A stretch of 64,000 nucleotides of DNA. It comes from an uncultured Gemmatimonadales bacterium. GTDB taxonomy: Bacteria > Gemmatimonadota > Gemmatimonadetes > Gemmatimonadales > GWC2-71-9. Positions 21,634 through 31,996 of this stretch are shown in pieces. The stretch lies in NCBI GenBank assembly GCA_963821525.1, contig CAWGED010000005.1:544001-608000 (forward strand). The letters are read 5' to 3'. Under the pieces are notes generated by a model. It saw only the letters and a list, made by a program, of their open reading frames with translations. It made no database searches and was not told the DNA's origin. Both the position numbers and the translations under genes were made by a program. How positions within the stretch are numbered: position 1 is the stretch's first letter; every line of letters starts with the position of its first letter.

Positions 21634-22651
21634 TTAGCCGCGCAAGAAGAGGAAGTAGAGTCCCAGCCCGAGGGCCACGAGACTGCCCGCCACCACCCAC
21701 CAGGGCACCGCCGGCTTCCCACCGATCGGGGTCGGAGGCGGGCTACCGGTATAAACGGGTACCGGCTCGGTGGTCGTGTCAACCTCGCTGAGGGGATACA
21801 CCTGGTACCCGGCGTTGTCTTCTCCCGCCGGCTCGGGAAGCGCTTCGCCCTCGAACCGAACCGCCACCGCGGTGATGTTGTCGGGTCCTCCCCGCTCGTT
21901 GGCCAGATCGATCAGCTTGGCGCACAGCTGCGCCAGGTCGGACGTGGAGCGCGCCACCTCGGCAATCTCTTCCTTCTTTACCTGGCCCGAGAGGCCATCC
22001 GAGCAGAGGATGATCAGGTCGCCTCGGCGGAGCGGCAGATAGGTGAGGTCCACCTTGACCCGGGGATCCGGGCCCAATGCCTGGAGAATGATGTTGCGCC
22101 GTTCGCTTTGCTCCGCCTCCTCTTCCGTAAGCTCGCCCGCTTCGACGAGGCGCTGCATCAAGCGATTGATCCTTGGTCAGCTGGCTCGTGTGGCCGTTGC
22201 GGATCAGATACCCGCGGCTGTCCCCCACCTGGGCGAGATAAAGGTCGGATCCGAACACCCCGGCCACGGTCGCCGTGGTACCCATGCCGCGCACCTCGGG
22301 ATGCTCGCGGGCGTAGGCGTTAATCCGGTTGTTGGCGAGCTCGACCGCTTCCTTGAGCCGATAGGCGAAGCGCGGGCCTGAGCCGTCAGGATCATCCGGC
22401 CACACGCTGGTCATGTGGCCGAAGATCGCGTCGGTCGCCATGCTGCTCGCCACCTCGCCGGCCGCGGCGCCACCCATGCCGTCCGCCACCATGAACAGGG
22501 ATCCCCTCGGGCCGACTGCGTGATTCCGCATATCGGCCTGGAGGTTCGCGACCCTGCGGCTCAGGTCCGCGACGAGGAAGGTGTCCTCGTTGTGGTCGCG
22601 AGTGCGACCCACATCGGTCTTGCCGAAAACGGAGACGAGGACGTTAGCCAA
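21634..22651 (-). CDS. PP2C-type Ser/Thr phosphatase (Stp1/IreP-like) with C-terminal TM helix (frameshift near 22165)
   Basis: TDVGRTRDHNED, VADGMGG, GMGTT, VGDSRGY, LCSDGL, GGPDNIT. Confidence 0.92.
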
Positions 22652-22657
22652 GGGGCC

Positions 22658-24372
22658 TCAGTTGATACCGTCGAGGATCTGCTGCCACACCGACCGGGGA
22701 TTGAGACTGTGGGCCCGCTGATACCAGGTCTTGGCCCCGTTGGGGTCTTGTTCCTTCAACAATGCCGATCCCATGACGGCCGCTGCTTCGGCTCTGACGC
22801 TGTCGCCGAGCGCGGGGGTATTCCATGCCTTCTGGGCAACCTGCTTCCCTTCGGCCCGCTTCACCTCGTCATCCACGAATTCGATATCGTCGGCGAACCT
22901 GAGTACCTGGGTCTTGAGCGCACCGAGATCCACCGGCGGATGGCTCGGGGTGACCGAAGGGTTGCTAATGGTCCTGACGGAATCCCGCGCCGGCTGGGTT
23001 CCGGGATCAGGGGTGCCGGTCGATTTCGTTGTCGTTTGGCTCGCCGCAGCGAGGGAATTGGTCGTGTCCACCCGTCCGGCGACGACCACCGCGGTGGTCT
23101 CCGGCCGGGCCTGCGCGGGGAGCGAATCTACCTTCTGAATCGGCGTCCCGCCGAACAGAGTTCCGCGCAGCGCGTAGGCCCCACCAGCGAGCACGATCAG
23201 CGCCGCCGCGGCGATCGGCACGATCGGCAATCTTCTTGTACCGCCGTCCCGCCGGTCCGCCGGTCCGCTTTGTCCGCCCCGTCCGCCTTGGCAACCACCG
23301 TCTTCAACCCCTGCGAAATCCGCTGGATGTCAGGATCCACCCGGGTCGGGGGAACCGTCGCCAGCAGGCGATCCATGTCCTCCGGCTTCACCACCTGGGT
23401 CCCGGCCTCGAGATCCACTGCAGTCATGGAAGCGGTCGCCGTCGCGAGGTCACGCCCGAACTCGACCGCCGTGGCATAGCGATCCGCCGGTGAGCGGGTG
23501 AGCGAGCGGTTGAGCACGGTCTGCAGCAGGACCGGGAAGCGCAGGTCGGGTCGAGCCTGGGCCAGCGGCAACGGCTCGTCGGTGAGCCGCTTGATCATCG
23601 TCTCCTGCGCCGTATCGGCTTCGAACGGCAGCTTGTCGGTGATCATGCGGTAGAACACGAGCGCCAGCGAGTAGAGATCGGAGCGACCGTCGCAGGGGTC
23701 GCCCGAGAGCTGCTCCGGACTCATGTATTCGGGCGTGCCGACCACGAGGCCCGTCTTGGTGACCTTCTGCCCGCTCGCCTTGGCGTCGGTGGCCTTGGCG
23801 ATCCCGAAGTCCACCACCTTCACGATGTCCCGCCCGCGGGCAGTCATCACCATGATGTTGTCGGGCTTGAGATCGCGGTGGACGATGCCCAGGTCGTGAG
23901 CTGCCTGGAGTGCGTCGGCGCACTGGGTGATGATTCCGGTGGCGCGGGGCAGGGGCATCGCCCCGCCTTCATCCAGCAGCCCGCTCAGGCTTTTCCCCTC
24001 GATGTACTCCATCGCGAGGTAGATGAGCCCTTCGCGAGTCTCTCCGAAATCGTAGACCGCGCAGACGTGGGGATGGCTGATGCGGCTGGCGTTCGCCGCC
24101 TCGCGGTTGAACCGGGAAATGGCATCGGCGTCGTTCATCATGCTCTGCGCCATGATCTTGATCGCGCAGCGCCGACCCATCTTCACGTGCTCGGCCAGGT
24201 AGACCTGGCCCATCCCGCCTTCGCCCAGCTTCTTCTGGATGTGATAGCGCTCCGCGACGATCTGTCCTACCAGGTCGCGCGCCGCTTCCTGCGCCCGGAG
24301 CGGAGTGCCGTCCCTCTGGCAGAAGAGGATTTCATCGCCGTACTCGGCGCCGCATGCGGTGCAGAACTTCAC
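22658..24372 (-). CDS. Hanks-type Ser/Thr protein kinase with N-terminal zinc ribbon, TM helix and extracytoplasmic tail (frameshift near 23235)
   Basis: CTAC...CQRDG, LGEGGMGQVY, HRDLKPDN, DFG, GTPEYMSPEQ. Confidence 0.92.
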
Positions 24373-25322
24373 GTCAGCTCCACCCGGAGCATCTGGTCGC
24401 CGACCAGGAGGCGGGACCCGTGCACCACCTGCCGTTCACCCCGCACCGCGATCGCCACACCGTTGCGGCTCCCCTGGTCCACCAGCACGAAGTCCGCGTC
24501 CTCGCTGCGAATCATGGCGTGCATCGCGCTCATCGAGGTGTCGTAGGGGAATTGCCAGTCTCCCGACTCCCGCCCGATCCTGATCGAGCGGCCCGGTGAA
24601 AGGTGAACGATGTCTCGCGGACTGCCATCGGCCCGGATCTGGGCGAGGTTGGCAATGTCGGCGTTAGGGGTGAGACTGCCGAGCCGCCGAGTCTGGTCTT
24701 GTTCGGGGGGACGGGGACCGGGGTACCCGAGCCGGCGATAGCGAAATACCTGGCTCCCGATGAGAATCATGTCGCCATCAACCAGCCGGTGCGGCTGGTC
24801 GGTGTAGAGCCAGGTGCCGTTCTTGCTGCCCAGGTCGCGCACGCTGGGAATGCCGTCGAGCAGGAGGAACTGGGCGTGCACCGGAGAGAGGTATCCGTCG
24901 TCAGGGAAGTTGATGTCGGCTCCCTGCCGTCCGACGGTGGTGACCGAGTTGAGCAGCGGGTACCGCTGGGTGGTAGCTCCGCCCCGGTCGAGCAGCAACA
25001 GCTCGGCTCCCTTGCCTACTTTCTTGGTCGCGAGTTGGAAGGGAGACGCAGGGTCGGGCGGCGGTGCCGCTATCGCTGTTCCGCAGGCGGGACAGAACGC
25101 GAAGCCCTGATCGTTGGGCCGGCCGCAGTTGGGGCAGGCGCGGCCCGCCGCGGCGGTGGTGAGCCGCTTGCCGCACTTGCCGCAGAAGGGCAGGTCGCTT
25201 TGAACCGGACTCCCGCAGGAGGGACACGGGGCCATGAGAGGCGCGCTCACAGGCGAGTGTGCCCGGGTACCCGGCACACCACCGGAGCCTCCGCGCGGCG
25301 GTTCCGGAGGTCCTGAAGTCAC
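24369..25322 (-). CDS. double zinc-ribbon plus tandem FHA-domain protein
   Basis: Four CxxC pairs and two FHA repeats (VGR...SPVHA...DLGSKNGT; IGR...SAMHA...DQGSRNG). Confidence 0.85.
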   Translation of the reverse strand: MTSGPPEPPRGGSGGVPGTRAHSPVSAPLMAPCPSCGSPVQSDLPFCGKCGKRLTTAAAGRACPNCGRPNDQGFAFCPACGTAIAAPPPDPASPFQLATKKVGKGAELLLLDRGGATTQRYPLLNSVTTVGRQGADINFPDDGYLSPVHAQFLLLDGIPSVRDLGSKNGTWLYTDQPHRLVDGDMILIGSQVFRYRRLGYPGPRPPEQDQTRRLGSLTPNADIANLAQIRADGSPRDIVHLSPGRSIRIGRESGDWQFPYDTSMSAMHAMIRSEDADFVLVDQGSRNGVAIAVRGERQVVHGSRLLVGDQMLRVELT

Positions 25323-25500
25323 CGGATCTCCCGGAGCATCAGGCGGCCTTCGTGATACCGACCTTGGTGCGCCGGCCTCATGAAATCGCGACGGACCTCA
25401 GTGTGAGGAAAGAGGAGTTGTCGGGGAATCTAGGAATGGCCAAGGAGAGCGTCAACAGAGCGCTTGGCGTAAGTCATAGTGCTGGTGTACCTTGGGCGAC

Positions 25501-27537
25501 ATGACAGTGAAAAAAGTCGCGCTTCTGATGCTGATCACGGCCTGCGGCTCTTCTTCCAGGCCATCACCCACGCCGAGCCCGGCGGCAGGCGCTGCACCGG
25601 CGGGTGGCGCCGCAGCGGTCAGGACGGATCGTCCCGACACGATCGGAACCAAACTCCCACCGGTCCCTGCGGCGCGCGGCCCACTCGCAATCAGCGTGAT
25701 TTACCCGTCGGCCAGCGACCTGGTCGATGCGCGGGATTCCAATTTCATCTTCGGGTCACTCGGCACCGGCGAAGCGACGCTGTTCATCAATGGTCGCGCC
25801 GTGCCGGTTGAGCCGAATGGTACCTGGATCGCATGGCTCCCGTTGCCGGCCGATTCAGTACTCCAGTACGACATCACCGCCCGCACGGCGACCGACTCGG
25901 CGCACCTCGTCTACACCGCGAAACGACTCTTTCGATTTGCCCCGCCGGCTCAGGGCGTCTGGATCGACTCCACCTCGATCACTCCACGGGGCAATGCGTG
26001 GTGGCCGTCGGATGAGTTTCTGCCGGTGAGCGTTCGCGCGGTGGAGGGTGCGGAAGTGCGGGTGCTGCTCCCCAACGGGACCATCGTCCCGCTCAGGCCA
26101 TCTCCTCAGCCGGAACAACCCAGCTGGGGCGTGCGGGCCTTCGATCGGGACACGACGAACCTGGCGATGCCGCGTCGAGCGGATAGGTACGTAGGAGCAA
26201 TCAGAGGCGTGGCGGTCGGGGAGAATCCAGGGCCATTGCTCGGCGGACAGGTCGGACAAGTCGGACAGGTCGGACAGGTCCCCTCACCCGCCCAGTCCGT
26301 CTCGCCCGTCCTGTCCGCCTCGTCCGCCACAGTTGAAGCAATCATCGGCCCCGACACCGCCCGCGCCACCTGGAATCTCCGGCTCGCTCTCCTCGACAGC
26401 ACGCCGGTCATCGTGGAATTCAACGACGACACGGCGCACAAGGGAGACACCGACAGCCTCACGATCGGGCGCACACGGCCGGGCGCCACCTATCACTGGT
26501 TCATGCCCACCGGCACGCGCACCGTCGCGACCGGACGTTTGGGCGAGGATCTCAGGGTGAGACTCTCGAAGGGAACCGAGGCCTGGGTACCTGCGGCGGA
26601 TGCGCTCCAGCTCCCCACCGGGACGCCAGCGCTCCGGGCGACAGTCAGCTCAGTCACCGTCACTCCCTTCACCGACCGGCTCTCGCTCCGGGTCCCCCTA
26701 TCGCAACGCATCCCCTTCCGGGTCGAAGAGGGGGAGAAGCAATTGACCCTCCGGCTCTACAACTCGCTGGGCGATCTCGACTGGATGCGCTACGGCGGGA
26801 CCGATCCCTACCTGAAGCGGATGAGCTGGGAGCAGGAGAGCAACGACGAAGTCACCATCCGGCTCGACCTCGCCGGACCGGTCTGGGGTTATCGCACCAG
26901 ATGGAGCGGGAACGATCTGATCTTCGAGGTGCGGCGGCCACCGCACATAGATAAGGATTCCCCGCTCGAAGGCAGGCGAATCGTGGTTGATCCGGGGCAC
27001 CCTCCGGCCGGTGCGATGGGACCGTCCGGTTTCCGTGAGGCACAGGCGAACCTCGCCGTAGCGCTCAAGCTCAGGGAACTGCTCCAGGCCAAGGGCGCGC
27101 AGGTGATCATGACCCGCAGCACCGATTCCGCGGTTGATCTCTGGCCCCGGGTCAAGCTCGCCGACACGGTGAACGCGGAGCTTTTGGTTTCGATTCACAA
27201 CAATGCGCTGCCCGATGGCCTGAATCCCTTCACCAACAGCGGATCCAGTGTCTTCTACAACCAGCCACGCAGCGTCCCCTTAGCGATGGCGGTACAGCGG
27301 GCACTGGTTCGGCGGCTGGCGATTCGTGATCTGGGGGTGAGCCGGGGAGATCTCGCCCTGGTCCGGCCGACCTGGATGCCGTCCATCCTGACTGAAGGGC
27401 TGTTCATGATGCTCCCGCAGCAGGAGGCGGCGCTCCGGTCGGAGGCGGGACAAGCGATGTACGCTCAGGCCGTTTTTGATGGAATTGAAACGTTCCTGCG
27501 GGGTGTGGCGGGGGAGGGGGGTGCTGACGTCCCCTAG
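25501..27537 (+). CDS. N-acetylmuramoyl-L-alanine amidase (Amidase_3) lipoprotein
   Basis: Lipobox ITAC; VDPGH, EAQANL, VSIHNNA, PSILTE. Confidence 0.88.
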   Translation: MTVKKVALLMLITACGSSSRPSPTPSPAAGAAPAGGAAAVRTDRPDTIGTKLPPVPAARGPLAISVIYPSASDLVDARDSNFIFGSLGTGEATLFINGRAVPVEPNGTWIAWLPLPADSVLQYDITARTATDSAHLVYTAKRLFRFAPPAQGVWIDSTSITPRGNAWWPSDEFLPVSVRAVEGAEVRVLLPNGTIVPLRPSPQPEQPSWGVRAFDRDTTNLAMPRRADRYVGAIRGVAVGENPGPLLGGQVGQVGQVGQVPSPAQSVSPVLSASSATVEAIIGPDTARATWNLRLALLDSTPVIVEFNDDTAHKGDTDSLTIGRTRPGATYHWFMPTGTRTVATGRLGEDLRVRLSKGTEAWVPAADALQLPTGTPALRATVSSVTVTPFTDRLSLRVPLSQRIPFRVEEGEKQLTLRLYNSLGDLDWMRYGGTDPYLKRMSWEQESNDEVTIRLDLAGPVWGYRTRWSGNDLIFEVRRPPHIDKDSPLEGRRIVVDPGHPPAGAMGPSGFREAQANLAVALKLRELLQAKGAQVIMTRSTDSAVDLWPRVKLADTVNAELLVSIHNNALPDGLNPFTNSGSSVFYNQPRSVPLAMAVQRALVRRLAIRDLGVSRGDLALVRPTWMPSILTEGLFMMLPQQEAALRSEAGQAMYAQAVFDGIETFLRGVAGEGGADVP

Positions 27538-27559
27538 GCACACACGCCAAACAGAGCGA

Positions 27560-29785
27560 ATGATTCCTGGTTTCCTCCGCCGTAAGGGCGCGCCGCTGTT
27601 CCTCCTGTTGTTGATGGGAGCGGTGCATCCCCTTGCGGGCCAGTCCCCCGAGGATCGCGCCGCCCTCGAGAAGTTCCGGGACTCTCTCCGGGCGGTGGAT
27701 GACACCACTGCCTTGGTCAAGCTCGAAGCCCGTCTCATCGACGTGGCAAAGGCGGACCGGGACAACGCGATGAATCACCTGCGCCTGGGGTTCGTGGCGC
27801 TGCGGACCGCGGACCTGGGTAGCAAGTCGCGCTATGACGACGCCGCGGGCGAGTTCCAGTGGGCGACGGACCTCCAGCCGCAGTGGCCCTGGGGTTGGTA
27901 TGGAGTGGGAATCGCCGAAGACGGTGTGGGCGACTCCCAGATCTCGCTGGTCGCGGGACTGCAGGCGATGTTCGGCAAGGATCACCTGACCCGCGCGGCC
28001 AATGCCTACACCCGTTCGATCCAGGTAGACCCCTCGTTCGTGCAGGGCCTGGTCGAGCTCTCGGCCACCGCACTCCGGCAACGCATCAACATCAAGATTG
28101 ACGTCGCGCGGGAAGCACTCCGGCAGGCGGCAAACACCTCGGCCTCGTCCAGTCCCGAGGTGTTGTTGTATCGGGGACGGGTGGAGCGCGAAGTAGGCGA
28201 CATCGACTCCGCCGTTGCCGCCTTCAAGACCTACATCGAGAAGGGCGACAATCACAGCCTGGGCCAGCTCGAGCTGGCCCGCGCGCTCTTCCTGCAGGGT
28301 ACTCTGGACGGGCAGCCGGCCTACTACGAAGGTGCGGCGAGCGATGACCCGGTGACGGTCAAGGAGTATCGCTCCGACCTGGCCGTGATCGCGTCGGACA
28401 GCGCGCTGGCCGAGTTCGACGCGCTGGCGGGACCGAACCGCGCCGGATTCCTCCACCGGTTCTGGTCCGAGCGGGACCGTGCTGACTTACGGAAGGACGG
28501 CGAACGGCTCCGGGAACATTACCGCAGGATCTACTACGCTCGGCAGCACTTCCAGCTGGTCAGCAACAACCGGCACTACGACATCATCGAGCGATACCGC
28601 TCCGGCAGCCGGGATTACGACGACCGCGGCATCATCTATATCCGCCACGGCGAGCCCAACGCCCGCGCCACGTTCAGCCGCCCGGGGATGGAGTTGAATG
28701 AATCCTGGCGCTACAACCGCCCCGACGGCGACCTGGTCTTCCATTTCATCGCGCGGGAAGACGTCCAGGACTTCAAGCTGGTGGAAAGCCTGTTCGACGT
28801 GCTGGGCTTCGAGGGCGCTACCGCGATCCGGGGTACCGACGTGAGCCTGGTGGCGAACGAGTTGCTCCTGTCCCGGGAGAAGCTCTCGCCGGTCTACAGC
28901 AAGCTCCTGGGCGGCGGCGAGGCCGCGTCTCAGCGGTATCTCACCGAAGAACGGAAGATGGGGCGCGAGAGCATCCTGATCGGGACCACCACCGACAGCT
29001 ACGAGCTGCGGTACCCGCGCTCACTCGAGGTGAACACGTCGGTCGCCGTGGTCGGCCGCGATTCGGTGAACGGCCTCTTACATCTCTCTTACGCTCTCCG
29101 CGGCTCGAGCCTGCAAGGCGTCGCCTCGCCGAGGGGGCAGGTCTATCCGGTCCGCCTGCGCCTCAGCATCGCGGACGCGCGCGGCAACACGGTGGCGCGG
29201 GTAGACACGACTCGCCTCTTCGTCGCCCAGGTCGCGGTGCCGGAGCGTGAGTTCCTGGTGGGCCGGGTTTCGGTGCCGGTGCCGGCCGGCCGCCTGAGTT
29301 ATCGCGTGGCGCTGGAAGAGGGAGACGATCGCGGGCTGCTGATGACTCCCGATACCATCACGGCCGGCGACTTCAGCGGCAACAGCTTTACGCTGAGCGA
29401 TCTGGTACTGGGCACGCCGATGGCGCGCGTCTTCTGGCGGCCGACGGCGGACGATACGGTCTACTTCAATCCGATCGGCACCTTCCGCAAGAGCGCGGCG
29501 ATGGATCTGTACTACGAGGTCTACGGCCTGTTCCAGGGTGCGGGATACAAGACCGAGGTCGTGGTCGCGAAGGACGGCGGAGGCGGCCTGTTCGGGATGT
29601 TTGGCGGCAAGAAGGCCGCGATCAAGCTGAACTTCGAGGATCAAGCCGAAGGACCGCTCACCCGGGTGCACCGGAGCATCGGCCTGGAGAAGCTCTCCGG
29701 GGGCAAGTACTGGCTCGAGGTCACGGTCACCGCCTTCAACGGCAGCCAGCAGCGCTCGAGGGCACCCTTCGAAGTCCGAGAATAA
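27560..29785 (+). CDS. exported TPR-like / GWxTD-domain protein
   Basis: FWSERD...EHYRRIYYA...DDRGIIYIRHGEP...ESWRY, plus a signal peptide. Confidence 0.8.
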   Translation: MIPGFLRRKGAPLFLLLLMGAVHPLAGQSPEDRAALEKFRDSLRAVDDTTALVKLEARLIDVAKADRDNAMNHLRLGFVALRTADLGSKSRYDDAAGEFQWATDLQPQWPWGWYGVGIAEDGVGDSQISLVAGLQAMFGKDHLTRAANAYTRSIQVDPSFVQGLVELSATALRQRINIKIDVAREALRQAANTSASSSPEVLLYRGRVEREVGDIDSAVAAFKTYIEKGDNHSLGQLELARALFLQGTLDGQPAYYEGAASDDPVTVKEYRSDLAVIASDSALAEFDALAGPNRAGFLHRFWSERDRADLRKDGERLREHYRRIYYARQHFQLVSNNRHYDIIERYRSGSRDYDDRGIIYIRHGEPNARATFSRPGMELNESWRYNRPDGDLVFHFIAREDVQDFKLVESLFDVLGFEGATAIRGTDVSLVANELLLSREKLSPVYSKLLGGGEAASQRYLTEERKMGRESILIGTTTDSYELRYPRSLEVNTSVAVVGRDSVNGLLHLSYALRGSSLQGVASPRGQVYPVRLRLSIADARGNTVARVDTTRLFVAQVAVPEREFLVGRVSVPVPAGRLSYRVALEEGDDRGLLMTPDTITAGDFSGNSFTLSDLVLGTPMARVFWRPTADDTVYFNPIGTFRKSAAMDLYYEVYGLFQGAGYKTEVVVAKDGGGGLFGMFGGKKAAIKLNFEDQAEGPLTRVHRSIGLEKLSGGKYWLEVTVTAFNGSQQRSRAPFEVRE

Positions 29786-30009
29786 GAAAGCGGGAAAAGG
29801 GAACAGGCAACGGTTTTTCAGGGCGGATTGTTCCACTGGAACAGCTGTGATCGAAAGTGGGGCGTTCTTCTCTGAGTTGTCCTGTTCCCTGTTCTCTTTC
29901 CCTCTCGTCTTCCGACTCGCTGTTCCCGTTCCCTCCCTGTTCCCCGTTCCCGCTCTTGGTAGGATGTTCGCCCCTTGAACGACTGGGATTCCCCGCCTAG
30001 CTTCGGGCA

Positions 30010-31986
30010 ATGTTCTGCTCCCGGTGTGGGCAAGAAGTCCAGAAGGCGACGCAGTTCTGCCCATCCTGCGGTCTCGACCTCAGGGTCACGACTCCCATCC
30101 AAGCCATCGCGACCGGAGACGTCACCGAACTCGACATAGTTCGGGAGGCGTTGCAGGGCGAGTACGAGATCCTGGAGGAGCTGGGCCGCGGAGGCATGGC
30201 CATCGTGTACCGCGCGATGGACAAGCACCTGGGCCGGGAGGTGGCGGTCAAAGTGCTGCCCTTCTCGCTGGCCTTCGACGCGGACTTCGTCGAGCGCTTC
30301 CAGCGCGAGGCGCGCACCGCGGCACAGCTCGAGCATCCCAACATCATCCCGATCTACCGGGTCGGCAAAGCGGGACGCGTCATTTACTTCGTCATGAAGT
30401 ATCTGCGCGGATCGTCGCTCTCCAAGATGATGTCCGAAAGGCCCAAGCTCACACCCACCGAGATCCAGAAGATCCTGGTGGACGTGGGAAACGCCCTGGG
30501 ATATGCCGCCGCCCGCGGCACGGTGCATCGCGACGTGAAGCCCGACAACATCATGTTCGACGAGCACGGGCTCTGCGTCGTGACCGACTTCGGCATCGCC
30601 AAGGCGGGCAGCGGCCAGCGGCTCACCGGTACCGGCATGTCGATCGGCACGCCGCACTACATGAGCCCGGAGCAGGCGCGGGCCCAGCCCATCGACGGCC
30701 GGAGCGACATCTATAGTCTGGGGATCGTCGCTTACCAGTGCCTGGTCGGCGAGGTGCCGTACGACGGGGAAGACAGCTTCTCGATCGGCTACAAGCACAT
30801 CATGGAGCCGATCCCGTCGCCCCCGCTGCATACGCCGGAGGAGAAGCGGCTCTTCGAGATCATCCGCAAGATGATCATGAAGGACCCGGTGGATCGTTTC
30901 CAGGATGCCGAAGAGCTGATGCGGGCGCTGGAGGGCCAACCGTTCAGCACCCTCCGCCGCCCCTCCCTGTCACAGGTCGGCATGGCGGCGCAGGCCACCT
31001 CTCCGCTGCCGACCTCTCAGGAAGTCCAGCCGGTTGGCCGGCCGAGCGGAGCAACCCCGGGTCGGCCGATCACCCCAAGGTCGAGCACTCCGATCCCGGT
31101 CCGGCAGAGCGGCAAACGCCGACCGGTGGCGCAGCGATCCATCGCCCAGGCGCCGAGCCGGGAGTTTCCCGTGGGATGGATCGTGCTGGTGCTGCTCCTG
31201 GCAGGCGGGGCGCTGGGCTTCTTCTACTATAGGAATAGCCACTCCGCTGATGCGACCGCGAAACCGACTCCGGCTGATACCACAACACCGGTGACCCGGG
31301 ACCCGGCCGCCCTGGCCGAATCAACGAGGAGGGCGGTTGACTCGGTGCTCGCCGCCCATGACTCCACTCAGGGTAAGAGTCCCACGGACACGGCGGACAC
31401 ATCGCCAATCGTCGGTCCGGTCGTCAGCGATAGCGGCGGGCTCCGGCTCACCAATCTGCCCAAGGGCAGCACGGTCATGGTGGACTCGAAGCCGCTGCTC
31501 GAGCCCGAGACCCGTCTCCCCGTCGGCGCGCACGAGGTCGCGATCTCGGCGCCGCGCTACACCTTCTTCACCGACACCGTAGACATCGCCGCGGGGCAGA
31601 TGCTGGTCTTCGCCCCGGAGCTGGTCCCGATCGGGACGGCTCCGAATGCCAAGCCGACGCCACCGGCCGCACTCGATTGCTCGGCGCCGAGTCAGGCGAA
31701 CCGGTACGGGCGCGCTTGTTACGACAAGCCGCCGCTTCCGGACGGGCCGTCCAGAGTCCCGCTCACCGATGACATCACGGGCACGCCGTCTCCCTCAGTG
31801 CTGCTGGTAAAGGTTTCGGCCGATGGCCGTACCGTCAGCGTCCAGACCAACACGCCGTCCAACAGTGCGGCCTTCAATAACCTCGCGATCGCCTTTGCCA
31901 AGAATCTCAAATGGCAGCCGGCGGCCAAGAACGGCACCCCGGTCGAAGGCTGGACCCAGTTCGCCTTCTATCCTTCCGAACGCTGA
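30010..31986 (+). CDS. Ser/Thr kinase with zinc ribbon, TM helix, PEGA-like domain and TonB C-terminal-like domain
   Basis: LGRGGMAIVY, HRDVKPDN, DFG, GTPHYMSPEQ; C-terminal VSADG...KWQPAAKNGTPV. Confidence 0.88.
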   Translation: MFCSRCGQEVQKATQFCPSCGLDLRVTTPIQAIATGDVTELDIVREALQGEYEILEELGRGGMAIVYRAMDKHLGREVAVKVLPFSLAFDADFVERFQREARTAAQLEHPNIIPIYRVGKAGRVIYFVMKYLRGSSLSKMMSERPKLTPTEIQKILVDVGNALGYAAARGTVHRDVKPDNIMFDEHGLCVVTDFGIAKAGSGQRLTGTGMSIGTPHYMSPEQARAQPIDGRSDIYSLGIVAYQCLVGEVPYDGEDSFSIGYKHIMEPIPSPPLHTPEEKRLFEIIRKMIMKDPVDRFQDAEELMRALEGQPFSTLRRPSLSQVGMAAQATSPLPTSQEVQPVGRPSGATPGRPITPRSSTPIPVRQSGKRRPVAQRSIAQAPSREFPVGWIVLVLLLAGGALGFFYYRNSHSADATAKPTPADTTTPVTRDPAALAESTRRAVDSVLAAHDSTQGKSPTDTADTSPIVGPVVSDSGGLRLTNLPKGSTVMVDSKPLLEPETRLPVGAHEVAISAPRYTFFTDTVDIAAGQMLVFAPELVPIGTAPNAKPTPPAALDCSAPSQANRYGRACYDKPPLPDGPSRVPLTDDITGTPSPSVLLVKVSADGRTVSVQTNTPSNSAAFNNLAIAFAKNLKWQPAAKNGTPVEGWTQFAFYPSER

Positions 31987-31996
31987 ACAATCATCG

